Of a DNA stretch of 64,000 nucleotides, positions 1 to 13,200 are shown piece after piece (within the stretch, counting starts at the first letter, position 1; each line of letters begins with the position of its first letter). The DNA is from Glycera tridactyla (Eukaryota), in assembly GCA_965644265.1 (NCBI GenBank), contig OZ286461.1:95666001-95730000 (forward strand), in the 5' to 3' direction. The translations under genes and the position numbers were made by a program. Under the pieces are notes generated by a model. That model searched no databases, had not been told where the DNA came from, and saw only the letters and a program-made list of their open reading frames with translations.

Positions 1-586
1 GAACTTTGTTCACGTCTGGATCAATGGTTATTGAGTTACAAGCTCACAAGTTATGGCAGCCAAGCAGCTAACTCAGCTGCAGCAACCAAATTCCATGTAG
101 ATTGCAGCTCTGTAACTATTAATTCACAGGCACTTCATTAGAACTCACATGGGTTCCATTCATACTGCATTCTTACAACAATGATAAGATCACATCAAAA
201 ACATTAAAATTCCCATCACATTTTAAGAAGCAAAACAAAACAAGCAGTTCCTGAAGCAGCAAATATAACCAAACTGAGAATATGAAAATCCACTNNNNNN
301 NNNNNNNNNNNNNNNNNNNNNNNNNNNNNNNNNNNNNNNNNNNNNNNNNNNNNNNNNNNNNNNNNNNNNNNNNNNNNNNNNNNNNNNNNNNNNNNNNNNN
401 NNNNNNNNNNNNNNNNNNNNNNNNNNNNNNNNNNNNNNNNNNNNNNNNNNNNNNNNNNNNNNNNNNNNNNTGCACGTGCAGTATCCTCTTTCTCAGGATA
501 TTCCTGTGTATGGAAGCTATGATTCACCCCAAGGTGATTCACTTCAAATTAAAGATAACAAATCTGCATGTTGAAGCTACCTTGAA

Positions 587-764
587 ATCAGAAGGAGATC
601 TGACTTCTGAGTCAAAGTAAATAACAGCAGGATGTGTCACTTCTGAATCACTGTGCAAAATCAGCAGAATAACTCAGTTCTGAGTTAGAGTTGAGATCAG
701 CAGAACTCATTTCTGAGTCAACGTCAAAATCAGCGATCTCACTTCTGAGTCAAAGTTGAGATCA
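587..764. repeat. Degenerate minisatellite, unit about 33-37 bp, 5 copies
   Basis: Core ttctgagtca at 605, 641, 678, 711 and 743. Confidence 0.65.
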
Positions 765-3700
765 TTGTGAAATCTCTTTCCTCAGTCGAAGTAAAAATCA
801 GACATCCTCTAAACTCGTTATAACAAACAAGTACTCATTGAATAATTGCAGGTCAATGTTCATTGGAATATCCATACACTCTTCACAATCCATACAGAAA
901 TGACTTTCACATTCAACTCGGGAAATAAAAGCTCTGCAAAAGAAAATATGACAGGTATCCAAAGCAATCTCCTCAAACATCAGGAAGAGTGAAGTTTTAG
1001 CTTGAAGCCAGGAATCTGCAAATCAGGGAAAGGAAATATGTGGGAAAGAAGCTGCAGCTGTGGGAAATGTTGCAAAATAAAAATATGAATATATACATAA
1101 TCCAACGTGTTTCGAGAGATGCCTGGTACTCTTCTGTCATTTCTGATCAACTGGCCCTCATTGGTCTTCTCAACAAGTTTGCACAGTCTGCCATTTTAGT
1201 GATGACCTCATTCCAACATCATTGACAATCATTGGCAAACCTTGACTGTCAACATTATGACCTTGGTTGGACCGTTCAGATATCTGATCAAAGTCATTGA
1301 TACTGGACTAATCTTCATCCTATAACAATTGCCTGTCCTATCATCAATTCTCGTAGCACCAATATTCATCATCACCATAACCATTTTAGCTTACTTTTTG
1401 GTGTTTGGCTCATACCGACCACTGAAATTCCAAAGGAAAGTAGTCATAAGAAGGATGAGAATTTCCAAATTTGTATTTGAGCTATGCTAAACTCTTGCAG
1501 TCACAAATGAGGTTGCTGTACAATAATGGATCTTCCTATATTACTGATGACAGAACAGAGAACCTGAACATCTCTTTAAAACGAAAACAACTGATGAACT
1601 ATTCCCCTTCACAAACAGGAGTAATGACACTTCAACCCTTTCGGTCATACAGGTTTCCACTTCATATACCTGCCTGTCAGAGTACAAGTTGTAGTAGATC
1701 TCACATGAGTAAGGGGAGAGCTAGCCAGTCTGGTAGCTACCAATTCACATATTGGTCAGTTCTGATGATGATGCCATCAATATTTACTCAGTATCTCAAC
1801 CATGTTAGATGTCGTTGAAAGAAATAAGATCGCGTATAAAGAGCGATAGCTGTAGATACCACAAATGTATCACAGCTGGTATTGCAGAGGTGGTGGGGGC
1901 CATATGCCTATGTGATTCATGATCCATGTATATGTAAGGCAGTTTGGATTGCTGGAATTATCTGTTTTCAAAATATGTGATAAGTCTATAAATTGTAATG
2001 TCAGCCATATTGGTAGTAGCTAATGATTGCACCAATCAGAATGAATGGAGCGGATTCAAATCACCTGAAGACCTTCCCAATCAGGTATCAAGTCCTAAAC
2101 ATTATTACACACATTCCATCTTAAGAATTCTTTGAAAATACTGGATTCAGAGAATGGAGATGTGGACACAGTGTGACTTGATTGATATGCCATCACATAC
2201 ACAAGTGTTTAAGCATTGGTTTCAGTCGGATGGATAGGAATCTCCTGTCAACCATTTGTAGCCCAGCAATGAGATATACCCTGTTAAATATAACCAAATC
2301 TTTAGCCTAGCAGTGATGTATTTCTCCTAAAAACAATGATACCATTCAATTGAGCATTTGTAAAGGAAATTAGGTGAATGTATGCCAAATCCCCACCAAG
2401 CCTTCTGTATGTATGGTAATATACCAATGGGATCCACAGACACAAGTACAGCTTGTGAATGTTTCGGATTAGAGACTTGACTTCCTGTATTATCATTGGT
2501 AGAAGAAAATTTGGCGCCCATCAGTTCATATCATATAAGAGGATGGAGTAATTTGCTTATTGGATAACTGTTATGACAAGGCCCCGTCATTCCTATCACA
2601 ATATCCGAGATTGCAAGTCTGAGTTATTTCACACAAGGTTTTCTAACTAAATGGGAGAGACCTAGCCAAAAGGGTGAAGTAAAATCTCTGTAGTAGGCAG
2701 ACTATATCCATGAGGTACATATATGGAGAACATCCACTTAACATAGATTGTCATTATAAAAAACTTGTACACAGTTCCATCGATATAGATATTCAAACAG
2801 CCTTGGCCAATTCCCAAATATCAATCAAGTTCATGATGACTAGTTGAGATTGCTTTCCTCCTGTCTTCGCTGTGTCTCCAAAAATCTCCCACAAATAACG
2901 AGGCTGTTTGAATTCTATAAGAAGCATATTTCACTGCAGTGAAGCAAAACAAACCAATAACCTACGTCCATCTCTTCAAAAACATCCTGTAGGAAACACA
3001 TCCACAAAACAATCATGATGAAATGTCTGCTGTACACATAAAGATCACAAGTATGCAACAGCTCGGACATGACCCTAAAACTGCAATTATGTAAGTTATC
3101 GGGAATACTGCCCAGTACCTTTACCCTATATGTATGTTTGAAACTAATTCAGCCTTTGTCTAATGCAGTCGAGAAGAGAACAAACGTGATCAAGTAACAT
3201 TGCATTACACATGAAAGAAGGTATTAAATCAACTAACTAACAAAAAGTGTTCTACAATTGACCTGTGAGGGTAGGCCATCAAGAAACAAGAGCAAACATG
3301 TGTGCTGGATGAATGCTGTAGAAGAACTGCTCAGGGTGATACTGTCAATGTTTCAAAATATACGTTCATGGGATATTTATTCATCGTAAATACGTAGTGG
3401 ATGCTCAGCTGTGCACACAAATGAAACTAGATTGCCGCTCCTGAGAATTGCATCTGTGAACTCTTCAATTCCAACAGCTGTCAAGAACCATGTTCAGGAC
3501 TGATGATATTTGGAAGAGTGACTATACAGCCAACTCACAGGAGAATATCAGCAGTCATGTAAACTCTGCCTAATCCAAATGTTGCCGGTACGTTTCAGAC
3601 ACTAATTCACTGTTCTCATCCAATTTTAGTTTTAATGGCGCGATTGGAATGTATAGGTCTTCCGGCGATCATCGAACCTGCTTTCAGGCAATCTGCATTT

Positions 3701-3800
3701 CTTTGAAGAGGATACCTCATCATTCAATGCATTGCAAATCTGCCACCATTATTGGCAAATATTTTTATGTGAGACAGATGAGATATGACGGCGCCACTCA

Positions 3801-3852
3801 ATGTGAAACCAGCGTGAAATTGACATATTATGCATTCTCTGGTGAAATTTAC
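3801..3852. repeat. Dispersed repeat fragment; second copy at about 49120-49170
   Basis: tgaaaccagcgtgaaattga.atatt..gcat....ggtgaaat.taca at both sites. Confidence 0.55.
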
Positions 3853-4244
3853 AAGGGGCCCTGGTTGAGATTAGATATTTAGTACTTGAAGATGTCAACA
3901 AAACTTGTTACTGAGTCTCATTTCAGTCCAACGAACATATGCTATGCTCGAGCGAAAAACGTACCCGCCACGATCTAATATGCTAGACTTTAGTGATGTA
4001 GTCATTCTGAGCTCCACACTTTTTTCTCTTGTTCATTGAGCAGCAAGATCAATTCATGGGGGAATCAGACATGACGAGTTTGTTTACAGCATTCACTTGA
4101 TGTGGCCTCTCAATTTGAAAATCAGTGATACAATATAAAATCTAAGCTATGTCTCAGATCATAAGGCAAGTCTTTTCCAAGAAAAAATATTGTTAAATAA
4201 TAGGTTAGAAATCAAATACTGATTAGCGTAACCAGAAGACTCAC

Positions 4245-4376
4245 CCTTATATTGGTGTTGGAGGCATCGAGGACGGACTGCAGAAGTGTGATTAGACCCG
4301 ACTGTGGATTTATGTAGAAGAATTCTGCAGCACTGCCATCTCCGGTGATACGATATTCAATCTCATTATTAGGAGC
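4245..4376 (-). CDS. Cadherin exon 49 (last found in window)
   Basis: APNNEIEYRITGDGSAAEFFYINPQSGLITLLQSVLDASNTNIR|gtgagt; no following exon found in 1-4244. Confidence 0.87.
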
Positions 4377-7300
4377 CTGCATAAACAAATATTCAATTCA
4401 CTTCACCACAATTCAAATGCCTGCGGTCAGTAAATGTAGGAAAAGCACTGTTCACAAACATCTGGGGAAGCAACATTCTATGCTGAGTATTATGGGTATT
4501 GTCTCTTGAGAACAGCCAGGATGTCAAGTAAAATCTCTAATGGCACATTTGTGCCAAATGATTCTCCACCACACTCAACCTGGGCCAAGTTCAGCTGTCC
4601 AACAGTTATTGACAATCTAAGTTTCAGCAGATGACCTTTCAACAAAACTGTCAACAATTTGCATGAATACCCCTGATACACCTCCCTCTGTCGATGATGT
4701 CCCCCTACCACTACCATATAGACAAAGCGGCTGCCATGATTGACAGATAGTCATCAATTGTACATGATCACTCTCAGCTAACAATTTTGGAGCAGCCGAA
4801 ACTGGCTCTGGGATACGAATCATATCCTTCCATTGACTACTTGTATCTAATCTTGGATGATAATCATGAATACAATTTCAATACTGAGATCCTGAGATCC
4901 AACAAAACTATTTTCATCCTCACCTCATCATCGTCATCAGTTGCTGAGAGCTGGACGATACTGCTTCCTGCAGGCAGGTTATCATTGATGGAGACACGTA
5001 AATTGCTCTGTGTGAAAGTCGGCTCATTCAAGTTTCTGATCACAGTTATATCGACCACTGTCGTACTTGTCCTTGGTGGAGTTCCACCATCCGCAGCTTT
5101 CACTCTCAACTAGAGGAAAATAAGAAAGATTCTTCAGCAACATTCATTCATGCAATGACATATCCTTGAAAAGTATTCCAGAGTGTCCCACATGAACATT
5201 TCCAGATGACAATGCCTCATGTCCCTAGTCCTCATCGCGGTGCATACATGATCTCACACTTTCATTCTCATGTAACCAAAAATGAAATCATAATCACTGA
5301 AAAAAATCACAGTATCTGATATCATTATACAGAAGTCATCTACATCATGTGACCCTTATTTCAATGTTTCAAACCTATCAACTGAGACTTAACAATCACA
5401 TTAAATATGATATATGGCCATCGGATGTCCATCTCAGCATGATCAACATAGATTTATTGTGTTGATGAATGGAAAATGAATACAAGTTTATTAAATCAGG
5501 TACTAGGTGCAAGACACAGATGTATCACATATGACTTTCAAAAGAAATAAACAGTTACCGAGTATTGTGTTTGTGAATCCGTCTCCAGCCGGGCATCATT
5601 CTTCACTCGAATTGATCCCTCTTCATTGATGTCAAAAAAACTGGGTCCTGCCCCATCACCAATCAGAGATAGATCAACCTCATTGAATGGAGACTGAAAT
5701 GAGAAAGTATTGCACAAAATCAAACTTTATCATCAATCAGCAGGTGAAATAGTTGAGAGTTTGTATAAATCTGCAACCTGCCAGATTGTTTAAAGGCTGC
5801 ATATGGAGTAATTGAAATAAGTCATGATTCCTGTGGATGTGATTTACTACCAGCATTACTTAGGCCAAACTTTGAACATTGTGCTCTGCTTTCATAATAT
5901 ATCCTCACAGCCATCTACCAATTACACAATGCACAGCCTGTATTTCACCTGATAGTAAGCAAACAAGAATACCCAAGTGATTGGCTGGAAAATAGACCCG
6001 TAGCCATCTTGGAGATATCTTCCAGCCATTGTATTTTTACCCTATATTTCCCACTTGCCTGCATTTTATATATCTCTCATGATAGACCACTCTTCAAAAT
6101 AGACTTGAAGCAATTCGCAAAAGAGAAATTCCACTGAAACGAGTCAAAAAATTACCTGAGCGTCATCATCTCTGAAGCCAACTCTGAGGACTTCACTTCC
6201 TGGTGACTGTGTTTCAGTAATGGTCTCCTCATAGTTAGTTTGAGTGAATGTTGGTGTGTTCTTATTGCGATCCACAGTCACTGTTACTGTGGCACTATTC
6301 TCAGATGAAAGTGAAGGATTGCCATTGTCCTCAGCACCGATGATGACCTACAAAAGAAAGATGATAGAATTACACTCTTATCATGACTTATTCTGATGAT
6401 GAAATGAGATTTTCCTGAGACCCAACTCAAATTCTTGAACGTCTCTTGAATAGGTGGAATAATGAGAAGCCTATCATCAATGGTTACATGTTTCTTGCTA
6501 CTGAAACTGTCTCCTACAGATACATCATCAAAATGATCAATTATATGCCTACAAAATGAAATCAACCAACAGACTGCTTTCTCTGAACTCTCATGATTTA
6601 ATCCCAAATGATGATTGCTTAAATTCATTGGTGCATATTATTTCTGAGGGAAACAGTCAACACTATGAAATAAGGTGGCTTTTTGAATAACGATTGCATG
6701 GTATACAAACCGTGTACATCTCGCTGGTATCGAGGGACAGTGACTGCTTCAACAAGATGACTCCAGTCTTTTCCTGAACCATGAAGTAAGATCGAGCCAG
6801 ATCATCGCCAGCCACCGAATACCGCACCTCATTGTCTGGAGTCTGGAGGATGAAACAAATACATAATAGGACAATTTTCATAATAGGGATGGAGTTCCGA
6901 GTCAAATTCTTCAGTCACACTCGAGATCAAGTATACATGATAGAGAATCTGGCTAATATTTCTCTGTTAGCCAAACTGAATAGCCTGCAGATCTTTGTTT
7001 TATGACCAAGCATCAGATAGGATAGGGATATACATTCTCAGCAGGTTTCAGTTACTGGTACATGTTTATGAAATTGTACAATGTACTATGATTTCTGATA
7101 GAAGAAGAAAAATATTGATCTATTTTATATAAGCTGGAAATCAAATGATACGACCAGTACACATGTACAATGTCAGATCCAGCACTGAAATATTTTAATA
7201 GTTGTCATTCACAAAGAAATACTCCAATTCAACTGGAATAGCTTGGGATAGGTGATTATGTTTAGTTACATGTATAGTGAATTTTGAGATATGATGCCTC

Positions 7301-10178
7301 AATGTCATGAAATTGTTGAATAAGAGAAAATCAACCAAAATATATACACAATTACCAAACTGCAATTGGTGTTCTTGCAGTCCTACAAAAATGTTGAAAC
7401 TTACCCTCAGATCAGCATCCTCAGCAGATACTGTTTGAATGGTTTGTCCAATAGAGACGGTCTCAAGGATTCGAGTTTGGTAGTTGACAGGTTGGAATCG
7501 AGGTTTGTTGAGGTTGCGGTTGACCGTGATACTAACCACAGTTACCGTGGACCTTGGTGGTGACCCACCATCCTTGACCTGCACTCGTACCTGCAAATAC
7601 CAGAACATATGTTGTCAAGTCTAACTTTGATCCTTCCTGAAGAATAGCACAATTCAACAATGATCCACAGATTGAATTGACGAGTACAAGAGCTGCATCG
7701 GAAGAAGTAGATCCGTATGATGAAGAAACATAATGGTGTTGATATCTGATGGTGTTCAGATGTGACTGGCATGTTCCACATGCAGCGCTGTCTTTCTTCA
7801 CCGGATCTGATTCTCAGCTCTACTTGGCATAAATGAATTTTGTCAAACTTAATCCAATCATCAAACCTGATTTGAGTTCGTTTGTTTGCTTTTGAAGAGA
7901 ATTTGGTCTCATTCTATTGCTTTGCACAGCAAAACTGCCAAACTCGATGAGCTTGACCTAAAAAATGCCTCTACTAACTCAATCAATCAATGTTAGGTGC
8001 TGCAATTGAAGAGATTGAAGCATGGAAATTCATGAAGCCTTACAGCAATGTGATATCTGAATAACACAAGCTTCTTGTAGAGATTGAATGATGATCTACT
8101 GAACGTAATCCAACAAGATCCTTCAAAGTGAGAAAAAATTAGGTTCTCAACAAATGTGTCTAACATTATGTGAATAGAACTGAGGGATTATGTTCAAATG
8201 GTATTGCCTTACCTTATAAACTCTTGTTCCATCACTTTCAAGGTTATTACTGACAGTAATTGCCCCATTATTCTTGTCAATTCTGAAGAAATTTGGAGCC
8301 GCATCATCACCGATGATTGAAAACTCCAATGAATTGAATGGTTCCTGCAATCAAAAGATGGCCATCATCATTATCATCAACAATTTTTCAAGCAGGAGTG
8401 ACCAAGAAAAAAACTCCTGTGAGTGACACCATTAGTAATTGACAAATAACTTTCTTCACATTTCTGTTAGGAAATCATGCATAATCTTCATCACATGCTA
8501 TGAGCTAGTATCCATGGTTTTCAGGCCTGTATCAAGCCATGAGATACTGTGAACCGTATCCCCAAGTTCATGCAATATCCCCTGCTTCGTATTTTCTTGT
8601 GAATTCTTGCTGTATTCAGACCGTTACTGACTGGCCAATCCTGATCTGGCCGGATGACTGAGGCTAACATGACTGGCTGTGTAGATGACACTCATTGAAG
8701 AGACAGGCCTTCGTATTCTCCTTGTCCGGACATTGATCATAGACATGGCGGTCCAAACTCGCAGGATACTGTGACCTCTCTCCTTGACCTGTGTGCAACT
8801 ATACATGTATCTTCCGATCTCTGGCTTTCTTCCGAAAGACACTTTCACTATCACTCTTCATTGATAACAAACTTTGGATATCTTTATGGCTCTAAAAGAC
8901 ATATGAATGGAAAATTACTGATTATACGAATCATGGGAATGTTTAATGTATGTCAACAATACAACTCCTGATGTATCTTCTCTGTACCTCGATGACAAAA
9001 CATGAGAATGATCATGAAGTACACACAAGCACATCATTCTACCCATCACAGTTCAGCAGATAGACTGCAGATTGTTCTGCTTCTCATAGCAACTGGAAAT
9101 GAGGTGACAAATTGCTTCATTTGTCTCAAATGTGACTAGCAAAAATACATGGGTAGAGCTGCACCCATTTCTAAAAGAGGTAAATAGAGGGAATATATAT
9201 TTGAAAAGGCAGATGGACATAAAATCTGAATGTTACACTCACTCCTACAATTACTCCTACAATAGCTTTGACATCCAGGATCTTTACTCTATGAGTACCG
9301 TGAAATTTCTACTTCAAGATGATAGGAAGGTTCCAGCCTGTTCCAGGACATACTCAAAGCAGATAAGACTGAACTCACTGCTGGATCTTGGTCTGTTGCG
9401 GAGACTGTGAGGACAGTCGATCCTGGTGCAGCGTTTTGGTCGATGGTCTCACTGTAGGACTCAACAAATTGTGGAGTATACTCATTGCGAACCACATTGA
9501 TGATGACAATATTAGGTCCCGTACGTTTCACTGGAGTTCCTTCATCAACAGCATACACATTCAACTGCAAAATGAGAACAGCAGCATATAACATTGATTC
9601 CTATATGAAACAAAAATAATTCATTTTGTGAGTTTGATCCATTTATTTGATGGATCTATTCATCTACTTCGAAGTCAGATTGAGATTGATTCATATTTTG
9701 AGTTGAAGATATTGACAGCATATTTCTGTATTAAATTACTAAAATGAGAAATCATTTAGCCAGTAAAATGAGATTTTTTCATTTATATTCCCACCCTCAA
9801 TTGCCGCAGTTGAATGATGCACTAGACACATTCAACACTATATGTCTGGCAATCCACCAAAAGATGCTAGGAGTCAAAGGATTTGTTGATGACATTTCAT
9901 ACACCCGTCTATCATCATTTAGTTGGGGAAACAGTAGCATACTTATCGAAAATAGGAGAGTTGCAATGCTACTCACTCTGTATTCACGAGTTCCATCTCC
10001 TAAGAGTGATCGTTTGAGAGAGATGGTTCCTGAATCACTGATGGCAAAGTAGGTATGGTCCAACTCATACGTCACAATGTTGTTAGGATTCTGAAAATGA
10101 GACAAGATAATCAAAAAATATAGCATGATATTACATGAACAAACATAGAAAGCACCATGTGTGTGTGTGTGTGTTTGT

Positions 10179-10230
<52 letters not shown>

Positions 10231-13200
10231 ACCAGCATTTTTTGTCAAATAATGGAGAAAAACAGCACTACTTCCACTGGAATTATATTCTCATGCATGT
10301 GGGTACATGAGAAAATACTTCCAGTATGTTCACTCCACATTTACTCGCTATAAATTCGAACCTACCTTTTCATCAGCATCTGTGGCCCGAACTTGTAGGA
10401 TTGATCGACCAATAGGCTGCAGCTCGAGAATATTTGCAGTATAGTCGCTTCGCTCAAACTGTGGTGCATTCAAGTTCCTCAACACGTTGACATTCAAAAT
10501 AGCAGTGCTTTGTTTTGCCGGATTCCCACCGTCTCTAACTTGGACACGCACCTGCAAAATTAGGACAGACAATCTTGACTGTGATGCAGTTACTGTTCGT
10601 TTCATAATTTTTGGGAGGGAAATCTTGAATGATACACATGAGAGTGAGACAATGAAACCCAAAGACAGGGTATGGAAATGAAACAATTATTTTGATTATT
10701 TACAAATGAATTCCCATTACATAACTTATCTGGAGCACACAGCATTCAAATTTTTTCATCCCAAAATGACACAAATGATTTCATCAAGTACTCAATGTAG
10801 ATCCCCTGAAACAATCTGCCAAATTAACAATATTACAAGAAATATAATATGAAGGTACACTCACCTGATAGTCAATCTCATCACCAGGGGCATTTCGCAG
10901 CTCATTTTTGATCAATATTTCACCGAGTTCATTGATCTTGAAATAATTAGTGGCGCTGTCATCACCGATTATCTGATAGAAGAGCTGATTGAAGGGCTCG
11001 GTCGTGTCTGCATCCCGCGCTTCTGCTGCGAAGATGCGCTCATCAATAGGTACAGTCTGTTCAATGGTGAGGTCTGCCGGGAGATTGGTGAAGCGCGGCT
11101 CATTCTGGTTCCGCTTTATGTTTATTATTATATTTGCTGGAGATGGTGATCTCTTTGGTGGATTCCCCATATCTACGGCCTCCACTCTTATCTGTAAAAG
11201 TGAATAAACAAAAACATGTGCAGTTATGAGGGAACATATGTATGGGTTTGAATGAATCAAACTTCTAGTTATTCCATCAACATTCAATATTTCAGCTACC
11301 TGTGACTTAAAATCTTCATGATTCACAGGTTCATAAAGTTCATATACTGGCATGAATGCATATATGCATGGGCTGATGAATAAAGAAAAATGTACGAGGG
11401 GAATGATTGAATAATGGGCTAATTCCAAGATTCAACAATAATTCTTCTACTCTTACATCACTGAATAATGTTCTCTGAAATGTTAAGAAAATATGAAAAA
11501 GTATGTCTCATTGATATAAGTCAATCTTAATTCTGGTGTAAATATTTTTTCATTCTGATTGAACAAAACAAACTTAGTGGAAACAGATTCAAAGATCATG
11601 GTGGTACTATTCAATCCTGTCTTCATGCAATATGATACTGATCAAATGAAAATGGTGAAATGGTAAAATGATGTGATCTTGTGATCTCTAATGTAAGAAA
11701 ATAGCTAGGAGTTTCCCCATTACTTACCTCATGTCGCTGCGATCCATCTTCAAGTAATGACTTTTTCAATGTTATCAGTCCAGTTACTGGGTCAATCATG
11801 TAATACACATGCGACGGCGAGTCAGTCTTTATGGAATATCGAATCAAGTTGTTAGGTGCCTGTAATGAGATGAAGTATAATCTAAAGTGAAATCCAACAA
11901 ATCATCTGTCAGCATGGTGCTGGTAGACACAGAGAAATACAGATGGTAGCTTCTCATAGGTACATCCAGGGCCAAGATTGGCTGCACCATAACTGGCAAT
12001 TTGTCATTCCTATGCATGCATTGTGGAGCAAGCTGAACATAATCATGTAAAACTATTGTTTTCTCGATCAAAAAGGCAGACTCTTCTCCAATCTGAGAAA
12101 CAGATTAGGAATATGTCACTGACAAGTGCAAGTGAGGTCTGGTGGATGTCTACAGATTGTTGAGAATGATGTTTGGACAACTGAACCCAGTCCAAGGTTA
12201 TACCAGATTTCTCAAATGAGTTTTCTCAAGTGAGTTAGGGTATGCATACCTTATACCCCTGTAAACAGAGAAGTTCACAACACAATATTTCCAACATTTT
12301 ACATTTATTTTGCATTGCCCGTGATCATTCTATCCTACCCTGAAATCACAAAAATTATGCTGAAATCAACAATATGTCACAATTTTTCACCAACAAATTC
12401 ATATATTTGCAATATATAGACTGTGAAACAAGACTTTCATCCATGAAACCCATCATATTGTTATAAGATGAAACTGCACATGATTTCCTTACCACAATAT
12501 CCTGATCTGTGGCTGTAACGGTTACAATAGGATCTCCCAGAGGTAAGGTCTCGGTGACCTCCTGTTCATATCTCGTTGGCTCAAACCGAGGTTCATTCAA
12601 GTTGCGATTGACTGTGATGCTAACAGTAGCAGTGGCACTCTTTGGCGGGGTACCTCCATCTATGGCAAGTACTTTCAACTGAAAACATTTCAATTTACAA
12701 TGAAAATTCTTTTCCCTGAATTCATGCGCATCTGGCCTCTTCATCAACTATATCCTGTTGGAAGCAGACTAGTATTCTGAAAGATCTCACAAATCAGAAG
12801 TGCAGGCTCAGACAATCTTTGTTCAGCATGTACAACTCAACTGACTGAGCAAAAGAAGCAATAATCAAGCATAAGCTGTAGGCAGCTAGATTTCAAAAAT
12901 TGTACACATAAATATCAATGCATACAATGTTATGGAATCTCAAATTCTTGTGTTGACAAATATGACAACTCGGTGAATGACAATTTTTTATACTACTCAT
13001 ACAAAATCGGTAAAACATTTGACAGGCATTTTCTTACACAGTATAACTGAGCACACTTTCTGGATCTTAAGTTTCAGCAAATTTCTGCTTACATTTTCCA
13101 ATTTTTTTCACTGGAAATGGGAGTCCCTGGTCATTTTTGGTGAACATGTCTATGTGCCGAACTGACCAACTTGCTGGTGTGCCAATGCACACTTTCACAA

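Noticed and set aside
173-620. ORFs spanning N runs (also at 16.4-16.9, 33.6-33.8, 49.2-49.4 and 59.3-59.6 kb)
   Set aside because: Artefacts of gaps; only the flanking cadherin exon portions are supported.
1-4244. Next cadherin exon after exon 49
   Set aside because: No AG/GT-bounded segment with AxDxGxP or RNxxxP was found; it is probably beyond the window or in the gap.
10135-10353. VC- or TH-repeat ORFs (also 18.8-19.0, 34.3-34.6 and 53.3-53.6 kb)
   Set aside because: Translations of dinucleotide microsatellites.
10989-11207. Plus-strand ORFs overlapping cadherin exons or LINE/YR ORFs
   Set aside because: Antisense shadows with no recognisable protein features.
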